Virus record (IMG/VR): IMGVR_UViG_3300028914_000001
Span: 358,151-422,150 of that record
Length of the DNA stretch: 64,000 nucleotides
Reading direction: 5' to 3' (one strand)
Source of the DNA: a virus
Lineage: Duplodnaviria; Heunggongvirae; Uroviricota; Caudoviricetes
Positions 56,456 through 63,927 of the stretch are shown piece by piece; position 1 is the first letter of the stretch; each line of letters starts with the position of its first letter. The notes beneath the pieces are model-generated. The model was not told where the DNA came from, made no database searches, and saw nothing but the letters and a program-made list of their open reading frames with translations. The position numbers were made by a program, and so were the translations under genes.

Positions 56456-57754
56456 ATGTTCAAAACAAGAATGACGCCAAAGCAACTCAACGAATACGCT
56501 GATTTGGTTCGTTGTGTTAAGGGTAAGGAAGTTGTCCACACTATTAAGGGCATTGCCTTGGAGGGTGCTCCGGGCATGGGAAAAACCGCCTGCATTAGGG
56601 CTATTGCTAAGCGTTGGGAACAGCCTTGCATCACTGTCAGCATTAACCAGTGGGTTAATGCGGCTGATATTGTCGCCTACTCCTACAAGGGCTACAAGGA
56701 CGACCATGGCAACTTTGAACTTGCAGGTGAGGATGAAATCCCCCCTTGGCTCCCCGTTTATCGCATTGACCCAACGGACGTTACCAAACGAGTCAAGACA
56801 ACAGACTCCACAAAGGGCTTCAAGGTTTGGAGGGACAAAAAGACGGGTCAATTTGAGGCTCATCCGGCGGTGATTTTGTTGGATGAATTTTCAGCAGCTC
56901 GTCCTTCCGTTCAAGCAGCATTTTTGTGCGTTTCGCTTGACAGGGTGGTTAAAAATTTCAAACTTGACAATGATACCACTTTCTTCTTGGCTTTCAACTC
57001 TTGCGAACGTGCGGGATTTGAAATGCAAAATAATGAAATTTCTGATGCACTCGTCGGTCCGAACGGGCGTTTCGATTGCATCGAACTCATTTTTGAAGCG
57101 AAAGCGGTCATTGATTGCGTTCAGGCTAATCCGAACATTTCAACTTTTTGGAAAATGTTTACCAAAAAGGTTTTGAAAAGTTTGAAATTAGTGGACGATA
57201 ACGACCCGAACGATTACAATTCGTGCGGAAGAACTTGGGAAAATCTCATGGTTCTTTTGAGCAACGGAAATTTTGACTCCAAGAATTTCCCGTCTTTTGC
57301 TGAAATGTTGGTAAAAATGAACTTTGCTACTTCTGAAAAGCTTGCAGCACAGGTAATTACCGCAATCAAAAACTTCGATATTCCTACGGGTGAGGATTTT
57401 TTGAACGGAACCGCTGAAATTAAGACATTTTCCGATGCCATAATTGCAGTGAACGCAATCGGTATTACTTTGGGATTTAGAAAGAAGTCCAACGAACAAG
57501 TAATTTCCATGACGGAACAGGATAAACTTCATTCAATTCTCGATGCTCATTATCCGACAGGCATGAAACATGCCGATGGAACTCCGATTATCGGAAGCAA
57601 TAAAGAATTGTATATGGTTATGAAAAGCACGTTGCTCAGGGAAAATTTGGAAAATAACCTCGAATTTACCTTTGTTGCCGATGCGATTGATAACTTCGAT
57701 AATGAAGATAACGGAAATTCTTCCGACGAAAATGAGGAAGATATCCAATTCTAA
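56456..57754 (+). CDS. second MoxR-like AAA+ ATPase
   Basis: GAPGMGKT, ILLDEFS, LAFN, GRF, CGRTWE; GGAG RBS. Confidence 0.85.
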   Translation: MFKTRMTPKQLNEYADLVRCVKGKEVVHTIKGIALEGAPGMGKTACIRAIAKRWEQPCITVSINQWVNAADIVAYSYKGYKDDHGNFELAGEDEIPPWLPVYRIDPTDVTKRVKTTDSTKGFKVWRDKKTGQFEAHPAVILLDEFSAARPSVQAAFLCVSLDRVVKNFKLDNDTTFFLAFNSCERAGFEMQNNEISDALVGPNGRFDCIELIFEAKAVIDCVQANPNISTFWKMFTKKVLKSLKLVDDNDPNDYNSCGRTWENLMVLLSNGNFDSKNFPSFAEMLVKMNFATSEKLAAQVITAIKNFDIPTGEDFLNGTAEIKTFSDAIIAVNAIGITLGFRKKSNEQVISMTEQDKLHSILDAHYPTGMKHADGTPIIGSNKELYMVMKSTLLRENLENNLEFTFVADAIDNFDNEDNGNSSDENEEDIQF

Positions 57755-57783
57755 AAAGGGGAGCGAAAGCTCCCTTTTCTTTT
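57753..57783 (+). terminator. intrinsic terminator
   Basis: GGGAGC-GAAA-GCTCCC-TTTT. Confidence 0.8.
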
Positions 57784-57814
57784 CTCTTTAACTCAAACAA
57801 AAAGGAATAAAACC

Positions 57815-57898
57815 ATGGCTAAAAACACAATTAAAATCCCTAACACTTGGAAGATTTCCGCCTCCAAATTGGGCTTGAAAATCTATCGCAAAAAGTAA
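57815..57898 (+). CDS. 27-aa basic peptide, copy 1 (not in ORF track)
   Basis: MAKNTIKIPNTWKISASKLGLKIYRKK; AAGGA RBS. Confidence 0.75.
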   Translation: MAKNTIKIPNTWKISASKLGLKIYRKK

Positions 57899-57915
57899 GG
57901 GAAAAATCACTCCGA

Positions 57916-57942
57916 AAGGGGAGCCGAAAGGCTCCCTTTTTT
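57916..57942 (+). terminator. intrinsic terminator
   Basis: GGGAGCC-GAAA-GGCTCCC-TTTTTT. Confidence 0.85.
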
Positions 57943-58028
57943 ATTTGCCGCCACAGAGTTTTAACTTAGGTTATCACCCCTTTTCTGGCGAAAGCTTCGG
58001 AATAATCCAGCCTTTTCTGTTTCTCTTT

Positions 58029-58046
58029 TGTAAACTAGAATTTACA
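58029..58046. promoter_or_regulatory. TGTAAA-N6-TTTACA palindromic operator (variants at 59702, 62629, 63413)
   Basis: four copies 8 or 20 bp upstream of the -35 of cassette promoters. Confidence 0.6.
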
Positions 58047-58128
58047 CAAAAGCCTTATTCAGTTTCTTTTAATTATGTATATTTATAGGGTGCTTAATGT
58101 TGAGCATTTTAAATAGGAGTCCATAAAT

Positions 58129-58212
58129 ATGGCTAAAAACACAACTAAAATCCCTAACACTTGGAAGATTTCCGCATCTAAATTAGGCTTGAAGATTTAC
58201 CGCAAAAAGTAG
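58129..58212 (+). CDS. 27-aa basic peptide, copy 2 (not in ORF track)
   Basis: MAKNTTKIPNTWKISASKLGLKIYRKK; AGGAG RBS. Confidence 0.75.
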   Translation: MAKNTTKIPNTWKISASKLGLKIYRKK

Positions 58213-58220
58213 GTTTTAAA

Positions 58221-58412
58221 ATGAGTTTAACTAAATTTGATACCATGGGCTTGAAAGTAGGTGATAAAATCCGTATCATTGAAATGATAGGGGAACCACA
58301 ATATAACGGAAAAGAGGGAACCATAGAACAAATTGACGATATAGGGCAAATACATGGCTCTTGGGGTGGTCTAGCACTCCAAGCAGATAGGGACAAGTGG
58401 GAACGGATTTAA
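58221..58412 (+). CDS. DUF4314-like protein
   Basis: VGDKIRIIEM...GKEGTIEQIDDIGQIHGSWGGLAL...D. Confidence 0.8.
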   Translation: MSLTKFDTMGLKVGDKIRIIEMIGEPQYNGKEGTIEQIDDIGQIHGSWGGLALQADRDKWERI

Positions 58413-58436
58413 ACCTAGTTCATCCTAGTTCAGAAT

Positions 58437-58462
58437 AGGCACCCAACGAGGTGCCTTTTTTT
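58437..58462 (+). terminator. intrinsic terminator
   Basis: AGGCACC...GGTGCCT followed by a T-run. Confidence 0.8.
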
Positions 58463-58479
58463 CTGAGTAACTCAGGGTT

Positions 58480-58925
58480 CCAACATAGGTTATCACCCTT
58501 CTGCCGCTGGAGGCAGTCCCATTCAGACGAGTGCCTGTTGGGTTTGATAAAATTCCTGTTGGATATCCTGCGAGTTCGATTCTTTTTCCCGTTCTCAACA
58601 TAGGTTATCACCCTTATCCTGTCTTTCGAAAGGGGGGGTAGCCCATTCACGAGTGCCACGACCAAGCACCAGGTTTGATTTTCTATCCAGTCAGTGTTTC
58701 AACATGGGTTATCGCCCCTAACCGTGGCTGCCCCGGTGAAGGTCGTGGGGCACGAGTTGCTACGGTTACCCCAACCAAGGAGTTCGATAGCCCTGACGCC
58801 ATTACCCCTGAGTTCAACATGGGTTATCACCCCCTACCCGTGATTCGAAAGGGGGGCGTCAGGCTACCCTCGTAGTGCCACTTGACCTTGGTTGCCTTCC
58901 CGAGTTCCAACATAGGTTATCACCC
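58480..58925 (+). repeat. five motif copies with four gene-free spacers (96, 85, 96, 74 bp)
   Basis: repeat-spacer layout with a 219-bp higher-order period. Confidence 0.85.
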
Positions 58926-59016
58926 TCTGGCAGCTGGAGTCGGGGCGGAATATACCACCCTATATTAAGGGTTGTCCCAAGGCAATGAAGCCAAGGGAAA
59001 ACTAGGAGTTGTTACA

Positions 59017-59568
59017 ATGGATATCAATGTTACTCTCACCGTCAAGGGGTTCCCCTTGTTTGTTGAGCCGAGTGCGTTAAAAGTGAGCGGCAAGCTTGAA
59101 AACTATCGCCATATTCTTGCGAGGTTTGCCAGCAATATCTGGTGGCATCTTAACCTGTGCCGTCCCTATGGCATCAAGACTGACATATCTGCATATACTA
59201 AGCAAATTGACCGCAAGGGTCATGCAGCTATTAGAAAGGTATTCACCATTGATGAAGGTATGCCGACATTCGATAGTGTAGTTGATTATTGCGTTGATTT
59301 GTTTACGATGATGCTTCACTTATATGAACCTGTTGAGTTTGCGGATAACTTGTGCGAGTCACCTTGGTTTCTTGCTATTGAATCGTTCCAACACTATAAA
59401 CGTTTTTGGGAAGGTCACTTCATTACTGATAACGCATATGTATACCTGCAATCAATAAAAGAAGGTTTGAAAGATAATATTTTCTTTGATAAATCTTTTG
59501 CGGAAACTATTGTTTCTTCTATGATTCTTGACAAACAATATTCTATGGCTAATCTTATTAAAAAGTAA
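59017..59568 (+). CDS. hypothetical cassette protein
   Basis: AGGAG RBS before ATG 59017. Confidence 0.75.
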   Translation: MDINVTLTVKGFPLFVEPSALKVSGKLENYRHILARFASNIWWHLNLCRPYGIKTDISAYTKQIDRKGHAAIRKVFTIDEGMPTFDSVVDYCVDLFTMMLHLYEPVEFADNLCESPWFLAIESFQHYKRFWEGHFITDNAYVYLQSIKEGLKDNIFFDKSFAETIVSSMILDKQYSMANLIKK

Positions 59569-59584
59569 AGTTAATCTTCTCGTT

Positions 59585-59616
59585 AAGGTTTAACCCTCTT
59601 GGGTTAAACCTTTTTT
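59585..59616 (+). terminator. reused terminator T1 (also at 60771 and 61981)
   Basis: AAGGTTTAACCC-TCTT-GGGTTAAACCTTTTTT; three near-identical copies. Confidence 0.85.
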
Positions 59617-59727
59617 ATTTTTATCCGAGGGGTTTCAACATGGGTTATCACCCTATCCTGCCGGAGTCGAGCGACGAGGCTGCCTCGGTCAGGGTGGGTT
59701 TTGTTTACAGAAGTTTACATAAATGGT

Positions 59728-59756
59728 TTGGCAAACTGAATTTAATTAGGTATATT
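59728..59756 (+). promoter_or_regulatory. cassette sigma70-like promoter (type A)
   Basis: TTGGCA-N17-TATATT. Confidence 0.75.
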
Positions 59757-59781
59757 TATTTAATAAACTGCGAGGTGAAAA

Positions 59782-60159
59782 ATGAAATTCATAGACAAAA
59801 CCAAATGGAAAACTTTTAAGGCTGAAAAGCCGAAAGTGGGCGAATACATTTATATGATACCGCCAAAGGGAAAATCCTCTATCTTCGGCAAATATGAAGG
59901 TGGCGATTACATCTACGAAGAAGAAGGCTTTTGGGGAAAGAATGTCAAGTTTAAGCCTAATTGGTTATGGATAACTTTAAAGGACTATGAGAAGATGGAA
60001 CGGGAGTTCTACGAGAACCTAGCCAAGGTATCTATCAGCGACCTCGTTACTACCCTTGTCCGCAAGGTCATTACCCAGCACTTGTCTTGCGATAGTAATA
60101 GCTGCTTGTTTTGGGATGGGCGAAACGAGTTCGGTGCAGATAAAGACGAAGACAATTAA
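59782..60159 (+). CDS. hypothetical cassette protein
   Basis: GAGGTG RBS. Confidence 0.75.
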   Translation: MKFIDKTKWKTFKAEKPKVGEYIYMIPPKGKSSIFGKYEGGDYIYEEEGFWGKNVKFKPNWLWITLKDYEKMEREFYENLAKVSISDLVTTLVRKVITQHLSCDSNSCLFWDGRNEFGADKDEDN

Positions 60160-60322
60160 CATAATCCCCTGCCTGCAAAGGTTGGGGTTTCTCTTTGCTC
60201 CTCGCCGAGTTCCAATATAGGTTATCACCCTTCTGCCGCTGGAGCCGGGGCGGAATATACCACCCTATATTAAGGGTTGTCACGAGGCGATGTTGCCTCG
60301 GACAATTCAACGGAGTTGAACT

Positions 60323-60748
60323 ATGATTATGAACACTGGCGTTACGGTCGATGTTGAAAGCGACCTTTACAAGAAAGCGGTTGAACTTTGCAAGGGCATT
60401 GAAGTCCATTATGACAAGCAGTTCACTATCCCCTTCCCTAAGCAAGAAGTAGATACGGGCTGTGGCAAGTCCAAGTGCGATGCTTTGATGATGGACGTGA
60501 GCTATCGCAAGGCGGGGCGTAGTCTGTATAGCGGTGATACCTATCCCTCTTGCTACTACCTCAGCATTGTGCCCGTTGAACTAACTCCGCACGGATATAC
60601 CTGCCTGATGTTCGGTGGGGGCAACTGTATCATCAACGAGTGCAACCGCAACACGGCTAAGCAACAGGGGCTTGCGGCAAAGGCGGTTCAGAACGAGCTT
60701 GTGGACATTGTTTACAAAGCGTTCATCAAGTTTGGCGTGAAGTTCTAG
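60323..60748 (+). CDS. hypothetical cassette protein
   Basis: GGAG RBS. Confidence 0.75.
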   Translation: MIMNTGVTVDVESDLYKKAVELCKGIEVHYDKQFTIPFPKQEVDTGCGKSKCDALMMDVSYRKAGRSLYSGDTYPSCYYLSIVPVELTPHGYTCLMFGGGNCIINECNRNTAKQQGLAAKAVQNELVDIVYKAFIKFGVKF

Positions 60749-60900
60749 GATTTAACAACTCCGAAAACAAAAGGTTTAATCCTCTTGGGTTAAACCTTTT
60801 TTATTTTTTTCTTTGCGATATCAACATGGGTTATCACCCTATCCTGACGGGCTCGACCGACGGGTCATCTTCATTCGGAGCGACGAAAATAATTTTTCTA

Positions 60901-60929
60901 TTGACAAACTAGATTTAATTATGTATATT
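60901..60929 (+). promoter_or_regulatory. cassette sigma70-like promoter (type A)
   Basis: TTGACA-N17-TATATT; identical 29-mer at 62114. Confidence 0.85.
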
Positions 60930-60956
60930 TTTATAATAGAACGAAAGGGGTATTAT

Positions 60957-61352
60957 ATGGCACGAAAAAAGACAACTGAATACATCGCAACGGAACTGAA
61001 CTTAGATATGCTAGATAGCATAGTAGGTTCATTGAATAACATTGCAAATTCTTTGAGGGAAACTTACGATACCTCCGAGATTTATATTGCTTTGCGTGGG
61101 CTACATCGCTTTTCCGAGCACGGATTTGAAAAGATACTAGACCATGAGGGTCATTTCAAGTTCACTATGGTCTGTAAGGCACTCCCTCTACCGCCTACAC
61201 GCAGACGAAAGGTCTATGAGTATAGGTTTAGGGCTAATACCTACACGAACGATATCACTTGCATAGACGAGCATAACAACGAGTGGGCTATGCCCTTGCT
61301 GACGGACTCATTGGAAGTCATTAGGGAAAAAATACTTCAAGTGGTTGGCTGA
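60957..61352 (+). CDS. hypothetical cassette protein
   Basis: AGGGG RBS before ATG 60957. Confidence 0.75.
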   Translation: MARKKTTEYIATELNLDMLDSIVGSLNNIANSLRETYDTSEIYIALRGLHRFSEHGFEKILDHEGHFKFTMVCKALPLPPTRRRKVYEYRFRANTYTNDITCIDEHNNEWAMPLLTDSLEVIREKILQVVG

Positions 61353-61508
61353 TTAGTGGGCGGTTCCAATAAAGGTTCCGCCCTTTTGCTTGCCCGCCAC
61401 GGACATTCAACATGGGTTATCACCCTCTGGCAGCTGGAGTCGGGGCGGAATATACCACCCTATATTAACGGGCATAAGAAAGGGTAGAAACCCTTTGAGG
61501 AGTTGAAT

Positions 61509-61949
61509 ATGGAAACCTTAGCTGACATCGTAAAGAAATACAACCCTATTATCTGTGTAGAGGACATAGTTGATTACATCAAGAAGAAGAACCCTCGTTG
61601 GTTCAAGTCCTCGTGGGAAAAGCTAGGCGTTATCCCAGTGAACAACGCTGGCTATCCGTTGGGTATAGAAACGGTATCGGAAGGTAACGAAGACTCTTGC
61701 TCCTGTGGCTTCCGTAAGATGTTCAAGCTCATGTTCTCTAAACGCAAGTATTACACTGCGACCTACTTCGTGGTGGTTCACAACCACCCTAGCGGCAATA
61801 CCGAGCCGAGCTTGAAGGACATCAAGCTGACCCGTGATATCATAGGTGCAGGCAAGCTCTTGGAGTTCCCCCTAGTTGACCATATCATCATCAGTCCATT
61901 GGGAAGTTATTACTCTACCTGCCGAGTCCACCCGGATTGGTTTGAATAA
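61509..61949 (+). CDS. RadC-like JAB domain protein
   Basis: VHNHPSG-x-EPS-xx-D...LVDHIII; GAGGAG RBS. Confidence 0.85.
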   Translation: METLADIVKKYNPIICVEDIVDYIKKKNPRWFKSSWEKLGVIPVNNAGYPLGIETVSEGNEDSCSCGFRKMFKLMFSKRKYYTATYFVVVHNHPSGNTEPSLKDIKLTRDIIGAGKLLEFPLVDHIIISPLGSYYSTCRVHPDWFE

Positions 61950-62113
61950 AAATTTTTTATTAACAACTCCGATACAAACAAAGGTTTAACCCTCCTGGGT
62001 TAAACCTTTTTTATTTTTATCCGAGGGGGATTCCAACATAGGTTATCACCCTCTGCTGTCTGGAGTCGTCGTTCCCCCGGTCTGACGACAGCGATAATTT
62101 TTTCTAATAAGCC

Positions 62114-62142
62114 TTGACAAACTAGATTTAATTATGTATATT
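62114..62142 (+). promoter_or_regulatory. cassette sigma70-like promoter (type A)
   Basis: TTGACA-N17-TATATT. Confidence 0.85.
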
Positions 62143-62168
62143 ATTGATACATAAACGAGAGGTATCAA

Positions 62169-62249
62169 ATGGCACGCAAACCGACAAACAAAGACAAGAT
62201 TTCAGCTATCAAAATGGGCTTACGCATTTATAAGGGGAGCAAGAAATGA
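62169..62249 (+). CDS. 26-aa basic peptide, divergent homolog of the 57815/58129 peptides
   Basis: MARKPTNKDKISAIKMGLRIYKGSKK; GAGG RBS. Confidence 0.7.
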   Translation: MARKPTNKDKISAIKMGLRIYKGSKK

Positions 62250-62356
62250 AACTCTTTTTATTTATCATTCTTGTTCTGCTTGGAGTGTTCTATCCTCCTA
62301 TTACAATTCTCTACTCTATCATCGGACTAATCGTTTTAGTAAGGAAATTGGCATAA
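62246..62356 (+). CDS. 36-aa hydrophobic membrane peptide
   Basis: MKLFLFIILVLLGVFYPPITILYSIIGLIVLVRKLA; ATGA overlap; GGAG RBS. Confidence 0.6.
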   Translation: MKLFLFIILVLLGVFYPPITILYSIIGLIVLVRKLA

Positions 62357-62484
62357 TGAAAAAGTTTCTGCTCTATATCAAGAACGAAAAAGGTATCTAC
62401 GAGGAAACTGCAATCGGCTACTTCAAAGACCTACTGCCGTTGAGCTTTGGGCGGACGGCTAGGTTCGAGTGTTTGGGTAAGTAG
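62356..62484 (+). CDS. 42-aa hypothetical peptide
   Basis: TAATG coupling; followed by a terminator. Confidence 0.55.
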   Translation: MKKFLLYIKNEKGIYEETAIGYFKDLLPLSFGRTARFECLGK

Positions 62485-62505
62485 TCATCGCAGGGTATAT
62501 GGAGT

Positions 62506-62540
62506 TCCCCTAGGGTTCAACCCTAGGGGTTTTCTTTTTT
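62506..62540 (+). terminator. intrinsic terminator
   Basis: CCCCTAGGGTT-C-AACCCTAGGGG followed by T-rich tail. Confidence 0.8.
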
Positions 62541-62666
62541 CGTCGCCCCGATATTCAACATGGGTTATCACCCTCCGCCTGCTGGAGGCGTGCGTCGGTC
62601 ATCAGGCGTGGCTTGTCATCAGGCGGTTTGTAAACGAATGTTTACGCAGAAAGTTTCTTATGGGTA

Positions 62667-62695
62667 TTGACAAAATGGATTTAATTGGGTATATT
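62667..62695 (+). promoter_or_regulatory. cassette sigma70-like promoter (type A)
   Basis: TTGACA-N17-TATATT. Confidence 0.85.
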
Positions 62696-62721
62696 ATTAT
62701 ATATAAAACGGAGGTTTCACA

Positions 62722-62847
62722 ATGCAGACCGAGAAAGAAAAGGGATTTATCCATAGCTTTATAGAGGGCTTGGGAGTTCTTGTAGCATATTGCATGGTCT
62801 TCTACTTCTTGTGGGAAGGCTTGTTAGCCTACCTAGGGATTAAGTAA
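62722..62847 (+). CDS. 41-aa membrane peptide (not in ORF track)
   Basis: GGAGG RBS; MQTEKEKGFIHSFIEGLGVLVAYCMVFYFLWEGLLAYLGIK. Confidence 0.65.
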   Translation: MQTEKEKGFIHSFIEGLGVLVAYCMVFYFLWEGLLAYLGIK

Positions 62848-62858
62848 GGGGGTATATC

Positions 62859-63266
62859 ATGAACATTGAAATAGACGAAAATGTATATAACGCTTTGCTC
62901 GCTGACATTAAGCCGAGCGTAGTCTTCACGAGAGAGGAAGCGGAGCTTTACTGCAAGGACTATGTAACCGTGTTCCGCAAAGAGTCGCATAGGGGCTTTG
63001 CTATCCCCTTGAAAGTATCCGATATAGACAAGGCTGAGTCTTTCGTGGTTACTGACAATGTTACTGAAAACGAAAATGAAAAAGAACTCGGAGCTGTGCG
63101 TTGCGATACGCTTGCAGAAGCTATCAACGCAATGGTAAACGGAGTAGAGGGCAAGACAGAAGTTACATTCTATACGGAGCTTTGTGCTGACTTCGGTTCT
63201 GTTATAGAGGGGGTTGCTCGTTGGTCGCACCCGGCTCGTTATTCTGACGGGAAACAATGGAGTTAA
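62859..63266 (+). CDS. hypothetical cassette protein
   Basis: AAGGGGG RBS. Confidence 0.75.
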   Translation: MNIEIDENVYNALLADIKPSVVFTREEAELYCKDYVTVFRKESHRGFAIPLKVSDIDKAESFVVTDNVTENENEKELGAVRCDTLAEAINAMVNGVEGKTEVTFYTELCADFGSVIEGVARWSHPARYSDGKQWS

Positions 63267-63450
63267 TATAATATCCTCATCGTGAAACCTAGGGTTGCGG
63301 ACGACTGTTCGCAGCCCTTCTTTCTGGTCGCCCCGTGGTTTCAACATAGGTTATCACCCCTAACCAGAAAGCCCGCCGTCGGAGTCGTCTGGGTTCTGGC
63401 GGCTTGCCGTCATGTAACCGAATGTTTACACAAAAAGTTAGGTAGAGGGC

Positions 63451-63479
63451 TTGACAAAATGGCTTTAATTAGGTATATT
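63451..63479 (+). promoter_or_regulatory. cassette sigma70-like promoter (type A)
   Basis: TTGACA-N17-TATATT. Confidence 0.85.
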
Positions 63480-63504
63480 ATAAGCAACAACGAAAGAGGT
63501 TATT

Positions 63505-63876
63505 ATGCAGACTTTCAAAAAGAAATGGCAAGGGTTCAACTTCACTGAAAGCGGAACTAGAATGGGTCCTAACGGGAAGAGCTTGGCTCGCTCGTTCCAC
63601 AACCTTATGAAAAGGGTTTGTGCGAAGATTGGTGCAAAGGTGGTGCGTGCTGAAACGGGTCACTACTATGTCTTTGGGTTCATTCAGCGTAAGGACGGCT
63701 CGCTCGTCTACTACAACTATGGCGACTTCCGTGGCATGACTATTGATGTAGCCAACTGCGACTGCATGCATGGCGTATTGCTCCGCACGGCAACTAGCAC
63801 AACGGACTACACAGGCGGTCACAACAATTTCAGCTCCATAGCCGATTTGGAAACAAAGATACCGCAAATTAGATAA
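63505..63876 (+). CDS. hypothetical phage protein
   Basis: GAGG RBS; GHYY-x-FGF...DFR...LLRTA...DYTGG-x-NNF pattern. Confidence 0.8.
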   Translation: MQTFKKKWQGFNFTESGTRMGPNGKSLARSFHNLMKRVCAKIGAKVVRAETGHYYVFGFIQRKDGSLVYYNYGDFRGMTIDVANCDCMHGVLLRTATSTTDYTGGHNNFSSIADLETKIPQIR

Positions 63877-63896
63877 AAAATTTAGTCACCTCCGTT

Positions 63897-63927
63897 GATG
63901 GCAGACCTTGGGTCTGCCATCTTTTTT
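63897..63927 (+). terminator. intrinsic terminator
   Basis: GATGGCAGACC-TTG-GGTCTGCCATC-TTTTTT. Confidence 0.85.

Noticed and set aside
58560-58800. tRNA genes suggested by GAGTTCGAT T-loop-like words
   Set aside because: I could not build a T-stem, acceptor stem or cloverleaf; no tRNA was recognised by eye anywhere in the window
58480-58925. CRISPR array
   Set aside because: The repeat is only 19 bp, the spacers are 74-96 bp and partly homologous to each other, the same repeat flanks whole genes elsewhere, and no cas operon is present
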